Shown: one piece after another, positions 1 through 13,559 of the stretch
Numbering within the stretch: position 1 is the first letter of the stretch
Layout of the letters: each line of letters starts with the position of its first letter
Assembly: GCA_036172245.1 (NCBI GenBank)
Contig: JAYWIR010000001.1
Span: forward strand, 10,354,001 to 10,418,000
DNA from: Raillietiella orientalis
Taxonomy: Eukaryota
Reading direction: 5' to 3'
Length of the DNA: 64,000 nt
Translations under genes and position numbers: made by a program
Notes under the pieces: generated by a model
Told to the model about the DNA's origin: nothing
What the model saw: only the letters and a program-made list of their open reading frames with translations
The model's database searches: none

Positions 1-1413
1 AAGTTGATTGGAAAGATGACGTGGAAATTTTGAATTTATGAGCACAGACGTTCCTGGGAGATGCAGTGGATTCCTTCACTTCTGCTCAACAGAAAAAGCG
101 ACTTCACTCATTGGAGAATACAAGCAGCAGCATTTATCTTCAGGCAGTTCCAAGAACTGGTAATGAAAACGATACTCCAGGGAAGCGAGTAGGTCTCGAT
201 GTCTTTGATAAAGTCACAATGTTAGATAGTAATTTCCATGAACTGTCTGCGAGTCGAGCCAAGTTCCGGAATACTCTTCAAGTAGAGGAGGAGTCTGAGT
301 TGAAACTCCAAAAGATGTTCGAGATGATCCTGCAACGGCCCTCAACACGCTCACTGCAAGAGCAAGAGTTTTGTTTTCGCGCCTCGATATAATTTCACCT
401 GATGGTGGGATGAGAGAGAATCCAGGGCAATCCATCAGGTGTGAAATTGCGCTTCGCTTCCGATCGAAGAACCAACCGGCGAAGCCATCCTGCCGTTCTG
501 AAAGCAAGGAGAATCCCATCGAGGCTGCGTTGATGATGCGAGTAAAGAGGCAGATGGAGCAGCGATGTGATTGGTAAGGGAATTTCTCAGAGTCCGTCTG
601 GAAGGCGCTGCAGCGCTGTGGCTCACCACGGTGCGTTGCTCACGTGTGGAAACGAACGCTTTCCCGGTATTCACATATGCGATTCCCTTTATCGCTCTTG
701 GAAACCTCGTTAACGATTTTCGCGGTCATGGAGTCACGTGATATCCTATTGGAAAGGGGGATGGGATGGACCCATATTAAGGTAATCTAATCCAAGGATT
801 CCCGATGGAAGCGTTCTTCCATAACTGTGATGCATAACTGTTACAAGCTTCCTTATGGCTTCAAGAGAAGCATCTGCCCCATCTTCGAACCTGGTAAATT
901 TTGGATGCCCTTCTTGCTTCCTGCACCGGGCCTTGTTAATGGTTTTCGGAGATTATGCGGTCCAGAAGCACAACAGGAAAACGCGAAGTTCAGAATGCAG
1001 CCTTCCTCAACGTGACCTGAAGGAGGGGATCGTGGATTCCTCCAAAACATGGAACAGAAGGGCAAATGAATCTCCAAGAGGCGAAATTTCTCAATTCCAA
1101 GAAGTTGCTTCTGCTTCAGATCAGTTCCGTTGACCTCTTGCATATGCTGACCTCTCTGCCTTGCGTTTTCGGGTTTCGTACTTCCATTGGTTTGCTGACG
1201 TGTTGCACGATCACGACACATCCTCGTACGTCGGACGCTTGAAGATGCGACCCTCACCAAGCAGCCGCCGTTCATTTTCGGATCTCTTTCGGTTCTTATT
1301 AATTGATTGTGCTCAGAGAATGAATTAGCGGAGGTTTAATTCACAAGTGGTTACGAACCACTTCTATTAATCGAGTTCGAGGAAATTATTACATCCAAAA
1401 AATTCTGTTTCAG

Positions 1414-1526
1414 TGATCCGAATTTCGAAACCTTAAGTCCACTAAAGCAAGATGGAGGAGGGGCTCCAGCAAAGAGCGTAAGATGGGAACCGTACGAAAA
1501 CGTTCACAAAAAGTACCTCAGCATAG
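1414..1526 (+). CDS. Neuroligin-family gene, penultimate coding exon (end of cholinesterase-like domain)
   Basis: Acceptor tttcag ends at 1413 and donor gtaatt starts at 1527. Reads (G)DPNFETLSPLKQDGGGAPAKSVRWEPYENVHKKYLSI(G), matching the neuroligin GDPN...W..Y....KKYL.I segment. Phase-1 end splices in frame to 4613. Confidence 0.9.
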
Positions 1527-2914
1527 GTAATTTTCCAAATTAATCTTTCAGCATCTCATTTGAGTAACATTTGCCAACTTTTCACGCATCATCTTTGAAA
1601 ATGTCCTCGCAAAAGAGTATTTTCAAGCATGTAGCATATCGATGTATCAGACATTCCGACGAAACCTTGGTAACCAGGAATCGAAATTTTGGTTACAAGG
1701 AAAAGCCAACTGTGGGAGTGCCTTCTGCAGACTGCTTGCAGGGTACCCAAAATTGGAAACTGTAATTTTCTATTTGTGGAAACTCAAATTTCCTGACACT
1801 TGCATCGCAGACACATGAAACACCTAAAGTGCCTCAGGAACTCGTGTTGAAAAATGGTTTCAGATGACCTTGGACAGGCTTTCTTGGTGACTCCTCGGAA
1901 TGTCGCCCTGGCAATTTCTAAAACAATTCTTCGACACTTTTCCTCGAAACACTCTTTTCTTTTTCCTCTTGCAATCACCACTTCCAGCAACAGATTCCCG
2001 CGGAATGCTCCTGAGTGCTTCTAAAAGTGATGAGTTTGCAGAGAAGGACGGTTTCCTTGAAAGATTTAGGAGAGACTGCGGTGGTAGCCATACAAACCGT
2101 ACAAAATGCAAGTCCTTCAAGGAGGTTGCAGGTTGCAGTAGAGGACATTTCTTAGAAATTAGAGAAAATCTACGATCTATTTTAGTGGCCAACAATCCTG
2201 AATGAGAAATTCGGCTCCATACTTTGGGTGATCTTGGAAGAGATTACCCAAAGTATGGAGCCGAATCAAAATGAAACAGCATTCGGGTCATCAGGGGATT
2301 CTACGGGGTGTTGTCATCCTACGCACGTTTGCATGAATGGAAGGCGGTGTTCGTAAAAACAAGTTCAGTCCGAGCATTGTGCAACCGCACGGAAGCGAAC
2401 ATCAGTGTGGACATCGGCCTTGCATCTTCATTTCTTTGTGACGTCACGCGCTTGCAGATTTCCTGGACGGCAGCTCTATTCTCTAATGATCCATCCCAAC
2501 CTATTGCGATGCACGTTGCACAGCAACATGCATGACTGTTTTTTTGACCGCGGCCAGCGAGAAAGAGAGAAAGAAAAAAAAGTAGCAATAGCCTGGAAGC
2601 CAAAGCCTGGAATTCCAAACGATCCTCTGTTACCTGCATGTGTGTGTTGCATGGCTACATGACGAATGAAGTCAAGAGAAAGAAACCATAGCAATCAACA
2701 AATTTTTTCATAGGCTGCTCATCGCTGTTTCGCCTTTCGTGGTCGCATCAGTGCGTTGCTTTAGGATTTCGTAAAACCCTACCAGAGTTCACTGGTCTCT
2801 CGCAAAGAGCCGACTGCTCTCCCACCCTACACAAACAAAATGATCGTGTTTGGCATTTGGGGAAAGCATGGAGGGGGAGAAGGAACGGGCGCTTCTGATG
2901 TGCCCCTAGCATAC

Positions 2915-4110
2915 GGTGGTCCCCTCTACGGTCTTCGCGCGTGGCACCGAACGTCGCAGATTCGAATCCCACCTGGGGAAGGATCGATAGCGAGAAATGG
3001 GTGCGTCCCGAGTTTCGAGTTCCCCTCGAAAGGTAGCGCCGGTTGTCCTGCAGGCTTCGGGTGACACCCGGTCACGCTGAGGAATTTATTCATAAAAAAT
3101 TAACATACACATCTGTGGCAGGGAGTTTGATCCTGCCGCATTATTTATAATTACGAAAAGGAACCTGCCGGGAACTGGCACTCACGCCAACGGGGCTCGC
3201 CATGGCAGCAGAGGAGGAAGGAAGACGAACAAAAGAAAAAAATCAAACAAAAAAAACATGCAGTCAAAAAAATGGGGGGAAGGGAGGTTTCGGGAAGTCG
3301 TCACTGTGTGCCGATGATGTCCTCTGTATCCTTGTAAGGATGCCGGCAAGTTCCTGTTTCAAGACTCCCAGATGGGTCCATCTTGACGCTGTCCCATGAA
3401 AAGGACAGCAGAATAGATGGCGTCCCTGTTGTTTTGAACACCTCTGGAGTTGCTCCATGCAGCAATGATCCCGCATAGGCAGCAAAGTTCTGCTAGGGAT
3501 GCGGCTGGCGTGAGGGATAGCGCAGGAAGAGGCTCTTTAAAACATCTCTGGCGTTGCCACCGGGGGGTTCCAAGGGTCGCGGCAAAGCGTCCCCAAAGGA
3601 GCCGGAGGGCAACACAATCCACTAGTAGGTGCTGGAGGGATTCCCGCTCCCCGCACCTTGCACAATTTGAGTCCACCCTCCCTTCCGTGTTGAATAATGC
3701 TGGCGGGAGTTGCACGGGAGGTCCCAGTGAAGCAGCATCAATGCCGGCTCCTGTCACTTTAAGGGGAGGGTTCGGCAATGGTGGAAGCCGAGACCGAATG
3801 TCACTGCTGACTGGACGGAATCGGAAGCTGCGGATGGAAGGAAGAGGCTGTCTGGGGGTTCCCTTTGGAGACAACTAGAGAGAGCGTTCCTTTCTGGACT
3901 CCATACCAAGCGTAAGGGGAACGGATTCCTCCCTCGTGTGTTTTCCCTGATTCGTGAGGGTAACCCCTATAACTCGAAGGGTTCCACGCACCTTCTTATG
4001 GCGGGGACAGCGTCAGAGAGCTTCGTGGCCCCCCCTCCCCCTCCCAGAAGGCGAACGGTTTCTGGAGTACTCAGTGAACAAAAACAAGGAAAAAGAAAAT
4101 CCGGAAAGAA
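2915..4110 (+). mobile_element. tRNA-derived SINE-like copy S1 (intronic), interrupted by an antisense L1/Tx1 fragment
   Basis: B-box-like GATTCGAATCC at 2959-2969 followed by the family head (gaaggatcga..agaaatgg). Family tail (acgcacc...gagcttcgtg...aggcgaacggtt...gaac + A-rich) at ~3960-4110. Confidence 0.7.
3065..3830 (-). mobile_element. L1/Tx1-type ORF2 3' fragment plus 3' UTR
   Basis: zf-RVT-like NCARCGERESLQHLLVDCVALRLLW. Reverse complement is alignable to ~63060-63810. Confidence 0.8.
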
Positions 4111-4612
4111 GGGAGTGAAGAGAAAACTTCTGTTGAAGCTCATGCAAAATCGCTAATAGGGATGTGTCAAAAGGAGAGCCTCAAAATAAGGAAGGGGGAC
4201 TACGAGTGCTAAACGAAAACGCCCTTAGGGTAATGTGCGATCTTCATGTCATCCAGTTTCCAGTTCTCTCGTTTTGTCTGAAGTGGCTGCACGAAGACAT
4301 GGAAACTCAGTTTCGATGATTGGCGCTGCTGCCTTTGCGCCATAGCTTTGGTCTTCTTGCGACTAAATCTTAGATTCACGCGGCTGTTGGTTTTCCACGC
4401 TTCTTGAACAGTGCAAGGCAACACGTTGCAATCCGTGTTTGAAACGCTCCGTGAAATTCGCCTGCCAAAACTACTGGAAACGCTTCAAAACGGTGTAAAA
4501 TCACCATTCAATTTTATTCATCATTCATAGATTCCCGCGTAGGTTGCCATCATTGATTGCAGTCTGTGTATAATTCCTCCAGGAGCCCGTGGTTTACATC
4601 TCTTCATTTCAG

Positions 4613-5220
4613 GCTCGAAACTGAAGATGAAGACTCATTACAGGGCCCACAAACTATCTTTCTGGCTGAACCTTATCCCTCTTCTGAATAGTCACAAGGA
4701 CGATAGCTCCCTCTCTCATCATATGTTCCGTCAGGAGAATGCCAGTGTCCTGAATTCGAGTACCTCCAAGGACAAAGTTTCCCCGGCTATCGTCACTCCT
4801 TCAACCATCAGTCCGATCACCCTGCTAACACCCATCAAGAAGACTCATTCCCTCTCCCCATCTATAGCTGAAAATCTTCTGCCACTGGGTACGTTCCAGG
4901 TGCTCGAGAACTCACAGGAAAATGACCAATCCTTAACTAACGACCAAGCCTTTGAAACCTACTATGCAGCTTTCAACGTGACGATAATTTTAGGGACTTC
5001 GTTACTAGTGTTGAACATCATTGTTTTCTCCATAGTGTACTGTCATAGAAGGATGCTGAAAAGCAGCGTGAGAGATCGTATTGAAGAGAACAAGACTCTT
5101 TCGTCCTGTGATGGGAACATTCATCTGTGTGAAAGAAGCTGTTCCTCTCACTTTTATTCCAATTATTCACCTAAAGGGGTGCCTACCATGAGGAATGCCA
5201 CACAGACTTCTGATTTCTGA
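4613..5220 (+). CDS. Neuroligin-family gene, terminal coding exon (stalk, transmembrane helix, cytoplasmic tail)
   Basis: Acceptor ttcatttcag ends at 4612. Reads (G)SKLKMKTHYRAHKLSFWLNLIP (neuroligin hallmark), then a Ser/Thr/Pro-rich stalk and TM AFNVTIILGTSLLVLNIIVFSIVY. TGA at 5218-5220. Confidence 0.92.
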
Positions 5221-5815
5221 ATGCCAAAGAATGCATTCCGTGGTTTTCCTCGAAAAGTGTGACTGCCTTCTCTGCATGAGTGCTTGATAGAAGAGCAATT
5301 CCAATGAAGATGAAAAAGGAACATTTTTGTTGAACCATTTGCAAACTGTTCGAAAAATAAAAAATGCAGTTTTTTTCTACAAATAAAGATCTTATCGATG
5401 AACGATTAATCACTCAATTTCTTATTCGAAATAAAGGGTATTTCTTGGTGCTTTATTCGTACGGCGCTGTAGGGGTTCACCGAGCAGCCAGGAAACCCGA
5501 GCGGCTTTCATTCAGACCATTGACCTCTTTATCCAACAAATTCCTCGGAAACCGGCTCTGTCCATGCTCTCAGAATCATCGAACCATCCCTGACCTATCA
5601 GGCTGACTTTATAGTTCCCAAGTGGAACCTGCTAATTGCTGTGTCAATACAGCGGTTTGAAAATACCTCAAAATGCCATTCTTACTTACTTTACATGGAA
5701 ACTGATCTGTTCATAATACATGTGTTAATACGTGTGTGAGTATGGAGTTTATGCCATTTCTGTGCCATTTCTATTAAATGTCTTACTTCTGTTGGTCTTT
5801 TTCTATATTCATTTT
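5221..5815 (+). promoter_or_regulatory. Probable neuroligin 3' UTR with candidate polyadenylation signals
   Basis: AATAAA at 5356, 5382 and 5430; ATTAAA at 5773 followed by a T/GT-rich tract. The site actually used cannot be determined from sequence. Confidence 0.5.
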
Positions 5816-7139
5816 TCTAGATTATTGAAGATGAGCAATCGCTGTTGAGCTGCCAACAAATGGGAAGTTTCAATTGGGTGAGTCCCTTTGCCCATACCAC
5901 GCGTACTCGTGGCAGACTTTCACGCATTTGTGGAGGAATTTGCATCTCTACATGAGTTATAAGGAGCGAAACCCGAAGAAGCAACAACGGGATGCTCCAT
6001 CTGCCGGTGACATTTTCAAACACAGCAGAAACAGTGGATAGAATGCGAATTACTTCTTACTTCCCTTCAGCATATTAGGAGTGTATGATCCCATTGATCT
6101 CACATACAAAAGGAAACACTTCCAGAACAGAGGCTAATTTTTTTTGTGGCGTGCGCTTGCAAAGTCTTCACTCTTCAATAATCTCCCGCTCTAACTTTTC
6201 TGTTAAGGAAGCACGAATCTTTATCTTTCTGATGGCATCTTCATTAGACTCTCCAAACCATCAAACAAACTGGCTTTTTGGAAGGTTGCAGCTGCTATCT
6301 TTTTCAGTTTCTTCCACCAATCATGCCAACTCCTCGCTGCTGCGCTATTGCAAAGGTGTTTCTCATTGAAACTATGGTTTCGGTGTTTATTGCTTGCATA
6401 GAAGTTGCTTACAACGTCAAGACATCATATTAAAACCCAATATCTAGTCGCTCACAATCCATGGTTTCTTAATTTCGAGTGCTTATCATGTAATCGACGC
6501 ACGGTCCCACCACCTAAACAGAAAGAAGCCCGCTGACGTCTCAACACTTGCACGTGTTTCGGATTGGAGGCACGGTGGTCAAGCAGTTTGATTCCTAAGC
6601 TACTTTCACTTTTCCGTTGGACAATCCTTGGTGAGTGTGCTGAGCCGTCACAGCTTGCTGCACTGGTGGAAACGTCGTAGCTTCTGCGAAGAAGTATGCC
6701 CACGTTTAGAGATGCGCCTTCTACCTCAGCTAGAGAGAAAATCCGAGTTGAGGGGTGCACTCCGACATGCTTAAACACGTTCCATTAGCTTGCATAGGGC
6801 ACGCGTTGACCGTTCTGGAATGGAGGGTGACTTGTCTTCAGCTTAAAAGTCCAGGGACTGTTCTCATCCCTCTAGAAACCTCTCTTCGAATGCTTGCAAT
6901 TCTGTGTTAAGTGAACGCTGGTGGCATCAAGCGGATTCCACATAGGACTGTCGAAACCGCGACGGGAAATTGGTGGGCAGTCTGGAAGGGAAGGGAGGAA
7001 AGAGTTGAGTTCGCTCAAGCAATGGGATCAGCCTCATCTTTAAACCTGACGGAACATGGGCAAGAGAAGGCGAAAATTCCAGATCCGAAGGGAAGGCTGA
7101 GAAGCTTTGCATTCGGGGCAGCCGTCCACATGAGGATAG

Positions 7140-9630
7140 TTGCGAGGTGGCCTCACACGGAGGAGGAAGTATCCGCAGAGATCGCCGGCATTCTGTGCCG
7201 GTTCTGAGCCAGAAGAAGAGACTTCTGCCAAAGACCCCTGTCCTCATTCTCTCTTTATTCATTGTTCCCGTCCTTCACTCGTGTTCAATTTATCATTGAA
7301 ATCTAGCCGAGTTCTGGAAGAGCAAAAGTGCAACCGGACAATTTCAATCCCGAAAACCTTTCTACCAGTAATTAGCAGCTGGAGGTCAGTTTCTATTGTT
7401 ATCAGTGTCTACAGGCTTTACACCTGTCGACAAGACGCGAGAATGGATTCTGGAAAACAAAGTGGTCTGATCTCGGCAGAAAGGATTTTTACCCTTCGAT
7501 GGAGTTTTTGAGCAGAACTTTGCCCTACGAACGCGACCAGATGAACTACGTTCACAATCTAGGAATATTGGAATGATGGTTTTCGTTGAATTTACCGATG
7601 GTTTGGACACCATTTCGCATACCACGATGCTAAGATCATGAGAAGAAGCTGGAGTCGGATTACCACGATACTAAGATTCCAAGTATTAGGCATCCGCTCT
7701 CTGACAGCATATTTAACCGAAATCCTCTGTCAAACGATACCTTTTACCTGAGCAGCCGAGTGAAATAGGGGTGTCCCCGTGAGTTCACTTCCATTCATCC
7801 TCAGTTAGAAACGATTTTGAGAGTAATGGGGGAGGCTTATTGCTTGGATATCCTTCTGGAGTGTGCCGACGACTTAGTCATCCTTTCGGATTCCGAAGAG
7901 GATGCAAGAAACAGATTATGCCATCCTGAGGATCAAGTTTGTTGGGCTGGTCTAGAGATGGATCCTTCCGAAGTCTTTTCTGTTGTGTCAAGACCCTTCA
8001 ACCACTGCGCTTGGCAGTGGGCAGTAGTTCTATTAGCAACGCAAATATATCAAAAGCTCACAAGTATCTAGGAAGGCCGTTTGGGATTAAAATATTCAGG
8101 ACTGTTCTGTTTAAGAAGGAAATTCTTTCCAAAGCATTCTTCATAGTGGTCACTCTTTGCCAAGATGATAATACATCTCCAATTGTGGTCCTTCATCTTG
8201 GCAAAGATTGCAGGCGATAAAAATCTTTTCCCTCGGTCTCGTACACTACGAGAGACTGGGGACGCATAGGCGAGAGAACCGGAAATATCTGGATAACGTA
8301 GATAAGACGCATGATGAAGATATTGCTGCACCCCCTGTCCGGGGTAGCCCATACCTCCATGGAAGAGGGAAAAAAGGCTGTATTGGTCTCATGAAGCTGT
8401 CAGATGATGCTGACACCTTCATCATAGGCGGCTATTTCAAGTTAACACCCTCACCGGAAGATGCCTTTCAAAACATGAGCCCATAAAACGCTACGGGACG
8501 TGGTGTTGAAGAAAATTTTCTTTTGATGCTCATGGAGGATCTTGGCAAATTTATATCGGGCGACACGTCTGGGAAGTTTTCCAGAATAGCTGAAGATATA
8601 CGAAGCTTATGGACCATCGGAAGACAGGCTCCGTTTTGATCAGGACGTTTCAAGGAGAAGAACCGGCAATTTAGATTGGTGAAAGGATCTTTGTGTCAGC
8701 ACGAGGGGGAAATTTTCTTCCTTCGTAAGAGCTGCACAACGTGAAAAAGCGTGGTAGAGAAGCATCTGGATCAAAGAAAGCTGCTTTGGACTGCATAGCT
8801 CTTCAAGCTATTTTCTCACACATGGGAACCACCTGATATTTGAGGCCTGCATCTTCATCCACGCGGCAACGTTAAATCTGCTTCCCATATGCAGAGCTTC
8901 CAGTAAGAGGGAAACTGATGTCTCACGTCATCGTTGTGGTCTGTGGGACGAGACGTCATCTCACATACCAAATCACTTCATGAGGCACTCGTCTGCACAC
9001 GGCCCAACCCGATTCCATTGTGGACGAGATTGAAATAGCGGTCTCAGAGAAAGCAAGATGGAAATTGGTGCGTCTTCAGAATTAGCACGTCCCAGATCTT
9101 GGTTCAACTCTGAGGCCAGACTTGGTACTACAAAAAGGCAGGTGGATGTAACTTGCCCCTTTGAGAACGGGGAAGGAGCCCTCAGCACCGTCATAAATGA
9201 GGGAAAAAAAACAAGATGCTCCAGCCGTCAACTCAAGGAAAGAGTCGATGCAAAGGTGCTGACCATCATCATTTGGCCATCAGGAACCTGGATTCCCAGC
9301 AATCAAGCAAGCAGTTCTTCATAAGCTGGATATCCCGCGCATGTGCGCCAGTGAAACGAGGCATTCCAGCGTTGCCTCATCCATTCACTACACCCATCTA
9401 CTGGATACATCGGCTTGCAAGATTACCTGATGATGCTCAAAACCTTATGAAGACGAGCAGCTCGTGGATGGAGAAGATTCTGCCAAAAGGCAGCCTACAG
9501 GACGTACCGATGAAAGAAACCTGCTGTTGCACCCCTCGCAACCTGACTTCAGCGACCAGGAAGGAAGAGTGGAAGGTGACAAAAAATCCTCCTCTCCTCT
9601 CCTCCTTATTTTCCTTTAACTGTAATTCTT
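7140..9630 (+). mobile_element. Degenerate NeSL/Utopia-type (R2 group, RLE) non-LTR retrotransposon
   Basis: Frameshifted motifs in the expected order: WRSVS..VYRLYT, QKGFLPFDGVFEQNF, VK*GCP, CADDLVILSDS, KYLGRPFG, FIHAATLNLLP, VDVTCPFENG, GTWIPSN. Confidence 0.85.
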
Positions 9631-10935
9631 GAGGTACTTTTGGAAGGTCCAGCTGATATGGGTTGCATGATTATTCTGCTACAGATCACCGCGAAGATGA
9701 CTGCACTCCTGGTTTGCACTTTTGATCCCGTTCTTGGGTGGATTTCGAACTCTCAGCCATGATGGCAAGCGGTTTCTTTGGCAAGCCCTTGCGCTCACCT
9801 CCTTCATCCCGAGAGAACGCCTGTTCACGTTATCAAACATATCCTTGAAAGTCCGAGACGCTCAGAAATTCTCCTTCTCCTGGAATGGTATTTGATATCT
9901 TCTTTGAGGTGGATGAAGGAGATGAATTCATGGCTTCACTTGCATGCTATCGATTCCTGTTTTAAGAAATGCAAAACAGGAACGCAATCGTTTTCATGGT
10001 CATCTGTAGCTGGATAAGCATGCAATCCGGATACAGATCGGCCAATGCAGATCTGTGAATGAGACATTTTTGTGCTCCTAGGGATGCTTTCTAGAGGGTA
10101 CGCATGAAACACTTCATAAATGCATCATGTGACGTCGACGAGTTCTGGTATGCCTTCGCAACTGTCTTCTGAGCGTGGATGGCTCTTTGGTTTCACCTCC
10201 ATTTGAGCTTTAGTATTCCGGTTGCTACCGTTTCGTCTTCGAAATGGAGTTTTTCGCTCTCATAACCTTCACGTTGATTTCTCAAAGCACTCATAGAGTT
10301 CTTTCAAACATCGTGAAGATCTAAATAACCTTGGAACGGACGGAGATTTCATCCCGAACTGATGGGAGTTTCACCTTACCAGTTAGGATGCTTCTGGATT
10401 TAGGAGCCACTCGTTTTACAGCTTCCACAATAAATTAGCATAGCAAAGAGGCATAGGGAAAACCATCAATGGGAAAAGGGAAGAAAATAAGAAATCCTCG
10501 AACGAGACTAGACATTCCCACTCGATGACATGAGCAATCAAATTCTGCCTCGAAATGGCACGCATATCTGGAATGTCGGGGCATTACAAGTGGGAACATC
10601 AATCACTTGGTGGTGCTTCGGCAGCGTTGCTGTGGATCCAGGGGTTGAAGCTGCTGCTTGCATTTGGGTGGAAGAGCAGGATGAGAAATGCCGTCGAGGG
10701 ATTCTGACGTTTAGGCGTGATGAATTTGTGGATGTACAAAGCGCAAAATGTAAAGTGGGCCGGTGTCTTATGGGGCTGATAAGTCAGTGAATTAACAGTG
10801 GCGCCATCGGGCCGTGTTAGCTCGTCGCCGTTATGAACCGATGTTTCCATGACCACCGGTATTCATCGAACAGCCAACCCAGCAACGAAATTTGCAGCTT
10901 CCAGTGGTACTCATCGTCTTTAAGAGCCAAAGCGC

Positions 10936-10988
10936 AAGGACAAGATGAGTTCCTCCTGCTATGAAGGACAAGATGAGTTCCTCCTGCT
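10936..10988. repeat. Perfect 25-bp direct repeat with 3-nt spacer
   Basis: aaggacaagatgagttcctcctgct at 10936-10960 and 10964-10988. Confidence 0.95.
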
Positions 10989-13559
10989 TGATCTTCCGTC
11001 ATCCCATTGCCGAATGTGATGTGCCCACTAAAAATGAACCAAGAGATTCTCAACAGCTGAAGCTTGCAATATCGATCACGACAGCTCCTAGCCATTAACA
11101 GGACGAATAACTTTGACAGAGCGTGAAAATTACAAACGATGCCTTGAAATGAATTGGAACCGATAGTGATTCACCATTTGGCCAAATGCTCGCATGAAAT
11201 GCGCCAGGGATGAAGCCGACAGAAAAAGTGCTCAGTTGGGTTGCCATGACTCTCAGAAAATCAGCTCCCGTTCCTGGCATGTCGATTCATCTTCTTAGGT
11301 TTCTTTTATCTAGGAATACTCTGCACATAAAACGAGCGACCCGGATTGATTCACGAGATTCACTTCAGTGACATCGGCATTAGCTAAGGGAGATTTGCAT
11401 TGGAACTGCATCTATCTCTGGATAGCAGTAATGCAGAAATGATTTCTGAATGCCGAACCAGTCGAGTATCGAAAGTCTTGGTAACTGCTGCGGAGGATCG
11501 CAACTGCCGACGTGCCCCGCCTAATCCAACCATAGAACGTTCCTATCCTGATGGAATGCTTTCGAAGCAGCCAGAAAAGAATGGAAACGGCACCAGCATT
11601 ACTACCCTGATGGCAGGAGGACTGAGCTTTGAGGGATCAAAATCTGCTTTCATTGCAATTTTTCTTTTTATCTTTCAGCTCCTTCTGGAAACTTCTTGGA
11701 TTTTCGTGCGCTCACTGAAAGAGCTTCAGGAAATCGTGCATGCTGGACCTTTTCCATGCGAATCTGAGAATCACGCAGCGAAATGAACATTTCTAATCAT
11801 CTCGAGCATCTTCATATGCTAGAGTATTTGCGCGCCGAAAAAAAAAATTTATCATTCGGAATCTGTGATTGCTTTTTGAATGAGGTGCTTTATCCAAGAA
11901 ACACCTCAAGTGTCACCATCGAGAGACTTTCGAAAACTGGATCCATGAAATGCGAAACGCTTTCAATTGAGCACTTACCATCACTTTGTTCCCGGTAATC
12001 CACAGCATGCATGAAACTCCGGTTTTACCTTCGATTGTGAAACAGCATCACCGGGTATTCTGCACTCCTGAGTGCTTGTACATACGCCTTTTCCCTTTTC
12101 ATATGGAAGACATATCGGAGAGTGGAAAAGATGAGCAACGGATTTCGCAAAGTATCAGCGTGCCGCCTGGAACCCTCAACTCTTGATGATTTTCTCCTTG
12201 CTGCTCAGCATGGCCAACCTTACTTCTGGTTACCTCATCCATGAGGCTTCCCACTCCACGAGAAGGGAACGTTCCAAAATTCACCTGCTTGGGAGGGATG
12301 GTCCAGAGAAAAATTCTCTATTAGAAAAGCCTGCTCGCAAACTGGAAGTTTCAATTCCACCTCAACAGCTTCCTTTGGTGAGAAGTTCAAGCTGCCGTCA
12401 GTTGGGTCATCATCATCGAAGCACGCAGACCTTTTCTTAGGCGCAGTTATCCCTGCGAACGACCTTAACGAAGAGTCAGGCCAAGGCAATACGTGTCCAG
12501 CGACCGTTCATTCTCTTTTCCTGATCCGACCTGCTTCATGTCACTGGAAGACATTCTCCATGAAAATGTAACCTCGCGTTCCTCTTGAAATCAAAGCCGG
12601 CATTTTTTTCCCTTTGTCACCAAAGCAAGGTTTCCATTTCCAAAATGATCGAATGCTGGCAATCCAGTGCATCACCATTAGCCTAGGATGATGGAATTTA
12701 GGGTTCTCCTGTTTTTGCTGTTCCTTCCTGAATTTTTTGTTTTTCTGGTTCCCCCTTTTTTTTTTTTTTTTGGTTCTTCAAATACTGTAGAACCATTCTC
12801 CTCCCTAGGATGGCTCACAAAGCTCTTTAACACTATCCACGTCGCATGAGGGTGCGCGTAACCCGTCGAGTTATAAGGAGTACCCACGTAAGGACCGCAT
12901 AATGAACCCAGGAAGACATCGGAGGAAGGAATCCGTTCTTCTGATGTTTAGTACTAGTTGGTACGACGTGGGCAAGGTGGCCGGACTAAATACGCTTAAT
13001 GATCCCCAGGGGCGGATACTTAAAGTAACTTGGCGTTCCGTTGGAGGACATCTACGTTGCAGAATCTTAGGCCGGCAGTCTCCAGAAAGCGGATCAGGCA
13101 CTTGACCCGTTCCATGAAGGCAGGTTTCACCTGCCAGATCGGACCGCGATGTGGAACACTTTCGTGGTCTCCCCCTTCCGCCCTCTGCTTTTTGTTTGTC
13201 TTCCACCTGAGATGATCAGAAAGAGGACGAAGGAGCACCTCAGGATCGCCCTTTTGGGCAAAGGGAGGTCTCGAGTCCGAATGAAGGAGTTGCGTGCGCC
13301 GCGTCGGGACGGCAGTTTTGGACTCATGCTAGAAAAAATGCAGCTCCAGTTCCGGACATCTGTCCTCGTAGCGAAGTTTTGAAGCACCACCTGTTGCGAC
13401 TCCCCTCCTCCACTCCACTCTTTACGTTTGGTAGGGAACCTAGAATCAAACCCTCGCTTTGTTTGTCTCCGAAGAGAACTCCAAGGCAACCTCTTCCTCA
13501 TTCTCGATGGAGGGACCCCAGGCAAAGGGTCCGCTTCTTCTTTACTCCCCTGAAGCGCG

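Noticed and set aside
1-1413. Further upstream neuroligin exon
   Set aside because: No YW.NFA.G-type exon is recognisable; it is presumably left of the window.
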